From contig JAQVDW010000001.1 of assembly GCA_028698185.1 (NCBI GenBank), positions 150,001 through 182,000 of the forward strand: 32,000 nt of DNA, given 5' to 3'. This DNA is from Erysipelotrichaceae bacterium. Lineage in GTDB: Bacteria > Bacillota_I > Bacilli_A > Erysipelotrichales > Coprobacillaceae. Both the position numbers and the translations under genes were made by a program. Position 1 is the stretch's first letter. The number at the start of each line of letters is the position of its first letter. Under the pieces are notes generated by a model that was not told the DNA's origin, ran no database searches, and saw nothing but the letters and a program-made list of their open reading frames with translations. Positions 30,843 through 32,000 of the stretch are shown here, in pieces.

Positions 30843-32000
30843 CTATTTGCGCAATTTTCGGGCCATATCATGGACGTCCAGTGGGAAATCGACCTTTATT
30901 TGCAGCAGTTCCATCGGGTGGTTGGCTACACCAACCGATTCATCCGCACTGTTTTTTATCTGAGTTATCGTCATCTTCCGGTTCTCGTGTTTGGGTGAGA
31001 AGAACTCGACCTCATCCCCGACCTTGAAGTAATTGCGCTGTTCCACTGTGGCCATCATCGCATCATGGTCGAATGCCACGACCCGCATGCAGAAATCCTG
31101 GGTCGGATGTTCGTCCCGGAGATTGAACAGCTGGTCATTCTCGTCGACACTGCCATCAAAGAAACCTTCGCAAGTGGCCCGGTTGGCCGCCTTGAAGAGC
31201 TCGTCCTTGTAAAAATCGCTCATCACAAAATTGTCAGGATCTTCACAGTAGGCATCGATGAGTTTGCGGTAAGTCGAAACGACCGTCGCGATATAATGGA
31301 TCGATTTCATCCGGCCCTCGATCTTGAACGAGTCAACTCCGATTTCGATGAGTTTGTCGATCTGGTTGATCAGGCACATGTCCTTCGAGGACATCGAGAA
31401 CGGTGGCATCGTTTCATCATTTAGCTTGTTGCCGTTTTCAAACAGGTCGTAATACCAGCGGCATGACTGCGAACAGCCCCCGCGGTTGGCATCACGGGCT
31501 GAAAAATAATTCGAAAGCATGCATCGCCCCGAATAGTTGATGCACATCGCCCCGTGGATGAAATACTCGATATCGACCGGGCTTTGTTCCATGATGCTTC
31601 TTAGGTTCTCATATGAAGTCTCGCGGCCAAGAACGACCCGGTCAACGCCTAGGTCATGGTAAAATTCAACCGCCTTCGAGTTAAGGGTCGAAGTCTGGGT
31701 CGAAACATGGATCTCGAAAGCAGGATTGAGCGATTTGGCGATCATCATGATATTGATGTCGGCCACGATGATGGCATCGACTCCGGCCTTGTCAAGGGCC
31801 ATCAGGTATTCCTTTATGCCTTCAAGGTTTTCATTGTGGAGCACGATATTGCAGGTGACATGGACCTTGCAGCCATGGCTGTGGGCGAATTTCACCGCCT
31901 CCTCGATCTCGCTGATCGGGAAGTTCGACGCCAGGGAACGAAGGGAGAATTCCTTGCCCCCGATAAAAACCGCATCGGCACCGTACAGAACCGCCACCTT
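30843..32000 (-). CDS. Peptidase U32-family protein (YrrO/RlhA-like); the 5' end lies outside the window
   Basis: The U32 signature region is present (EIHVSTQTS, HGAMCINYSGRCMLS). The frame is open to the window edge, and the track's initial M is an internal GTG. Confidence 0.8.
   Translation of the reverse strand, partial: KVAVLYGADAVFIGGKEFSLRSLASNFPISEIEEAVKFAHSHGCKVHVTCNIVLHNENLEGIKEYLMALDKAGVDAIIVADINIMMIAKSLNPAFEIHVSTQTSTLNSKAVEFYHDLGVDRVVLGRETSYENLRSIMEQSPVDIEYFIHGAMCINYSGRCMLSNYFSARDANRGGCSQSCRWYYDLFENGNKLNDETMPPFSMSSKDMCLINQIDKLIEIGVDSFKIEGRMKSIHYIATVVSTYRKLIDAYCEDPDNFVMSDFYKDELFKAANRATCEGFFDGSVDENDQLFNLRDEHPTQDFCMRVVAFDHDAMMATVEQRNYFKVGDEVEFFSPKHENRKMTITQIKNSADESVGVANHPMELLQIKVDFPLDVHDMARKLRK

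Overview
This is a chromosomal window from a Bacillota (Firmicutes)-type genome, and no finer taxonomic call can be made from the sequence alone. Most genes lie on the minus strand and are housekeeping genes in Bacillus-like synteny: aspS (partial, missed by the ORF track) and hisS behind a T-box leader; relA-apt-recJ; a comN-like small gene; a nitroreductase and htpG; pfkA; pnp; a DtxR/MntR-like repressor; greA; and a partial U32 peptidase.

Two accessory loci interrupt this backbone and look like parts of one cell-surface fibre system.

Locus 1 (about 2.8-13.05 kb, between the hisS leader and relA) contains four units:
- A SipW-type signal peptidase operon with three secreted or anchored proteins.
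- A divergent operon with a transglutaminase-like lipoprotein, a GspF/PilC/ComGB-like platform protein, four small pilin-like proteins lacking canonical prepilin signals, and a PilT-family ATPase.
- A pair of TasA/camelysin-like proteins with SipW-type signal peptides.
- A SARP-like (winged-helix plus BTAD) regulator with a C-terminal degenerate GGDEF-like domain. That domain keeps an RxxD motif at I-site spacing.

Locus 2 (about 20.75-24.86 kb, between htpG and pfkA) has two more TasA-like paralogues and an 859-aa secreted vWA/MIDAS protein.

All three TasA-like operons are preceded by the same promoter architecture, TGTGAC-N5-TGTGAC-N10-(-10 hexamer). This is an 11-bp-periodic direct repeat of the kind SARP regulators bind. 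I read the whole as a candidate c-di-GMP-responsive, SARP-controlled, multi-subunit TasA-like fibre/adhesin system that is physically coupled to an atypical type IV filament-like machine.

No rRNA, tRNA, CRISPR array or transposase/integrase was seen. All homology calls come from reading motifs by eye, not from searches.
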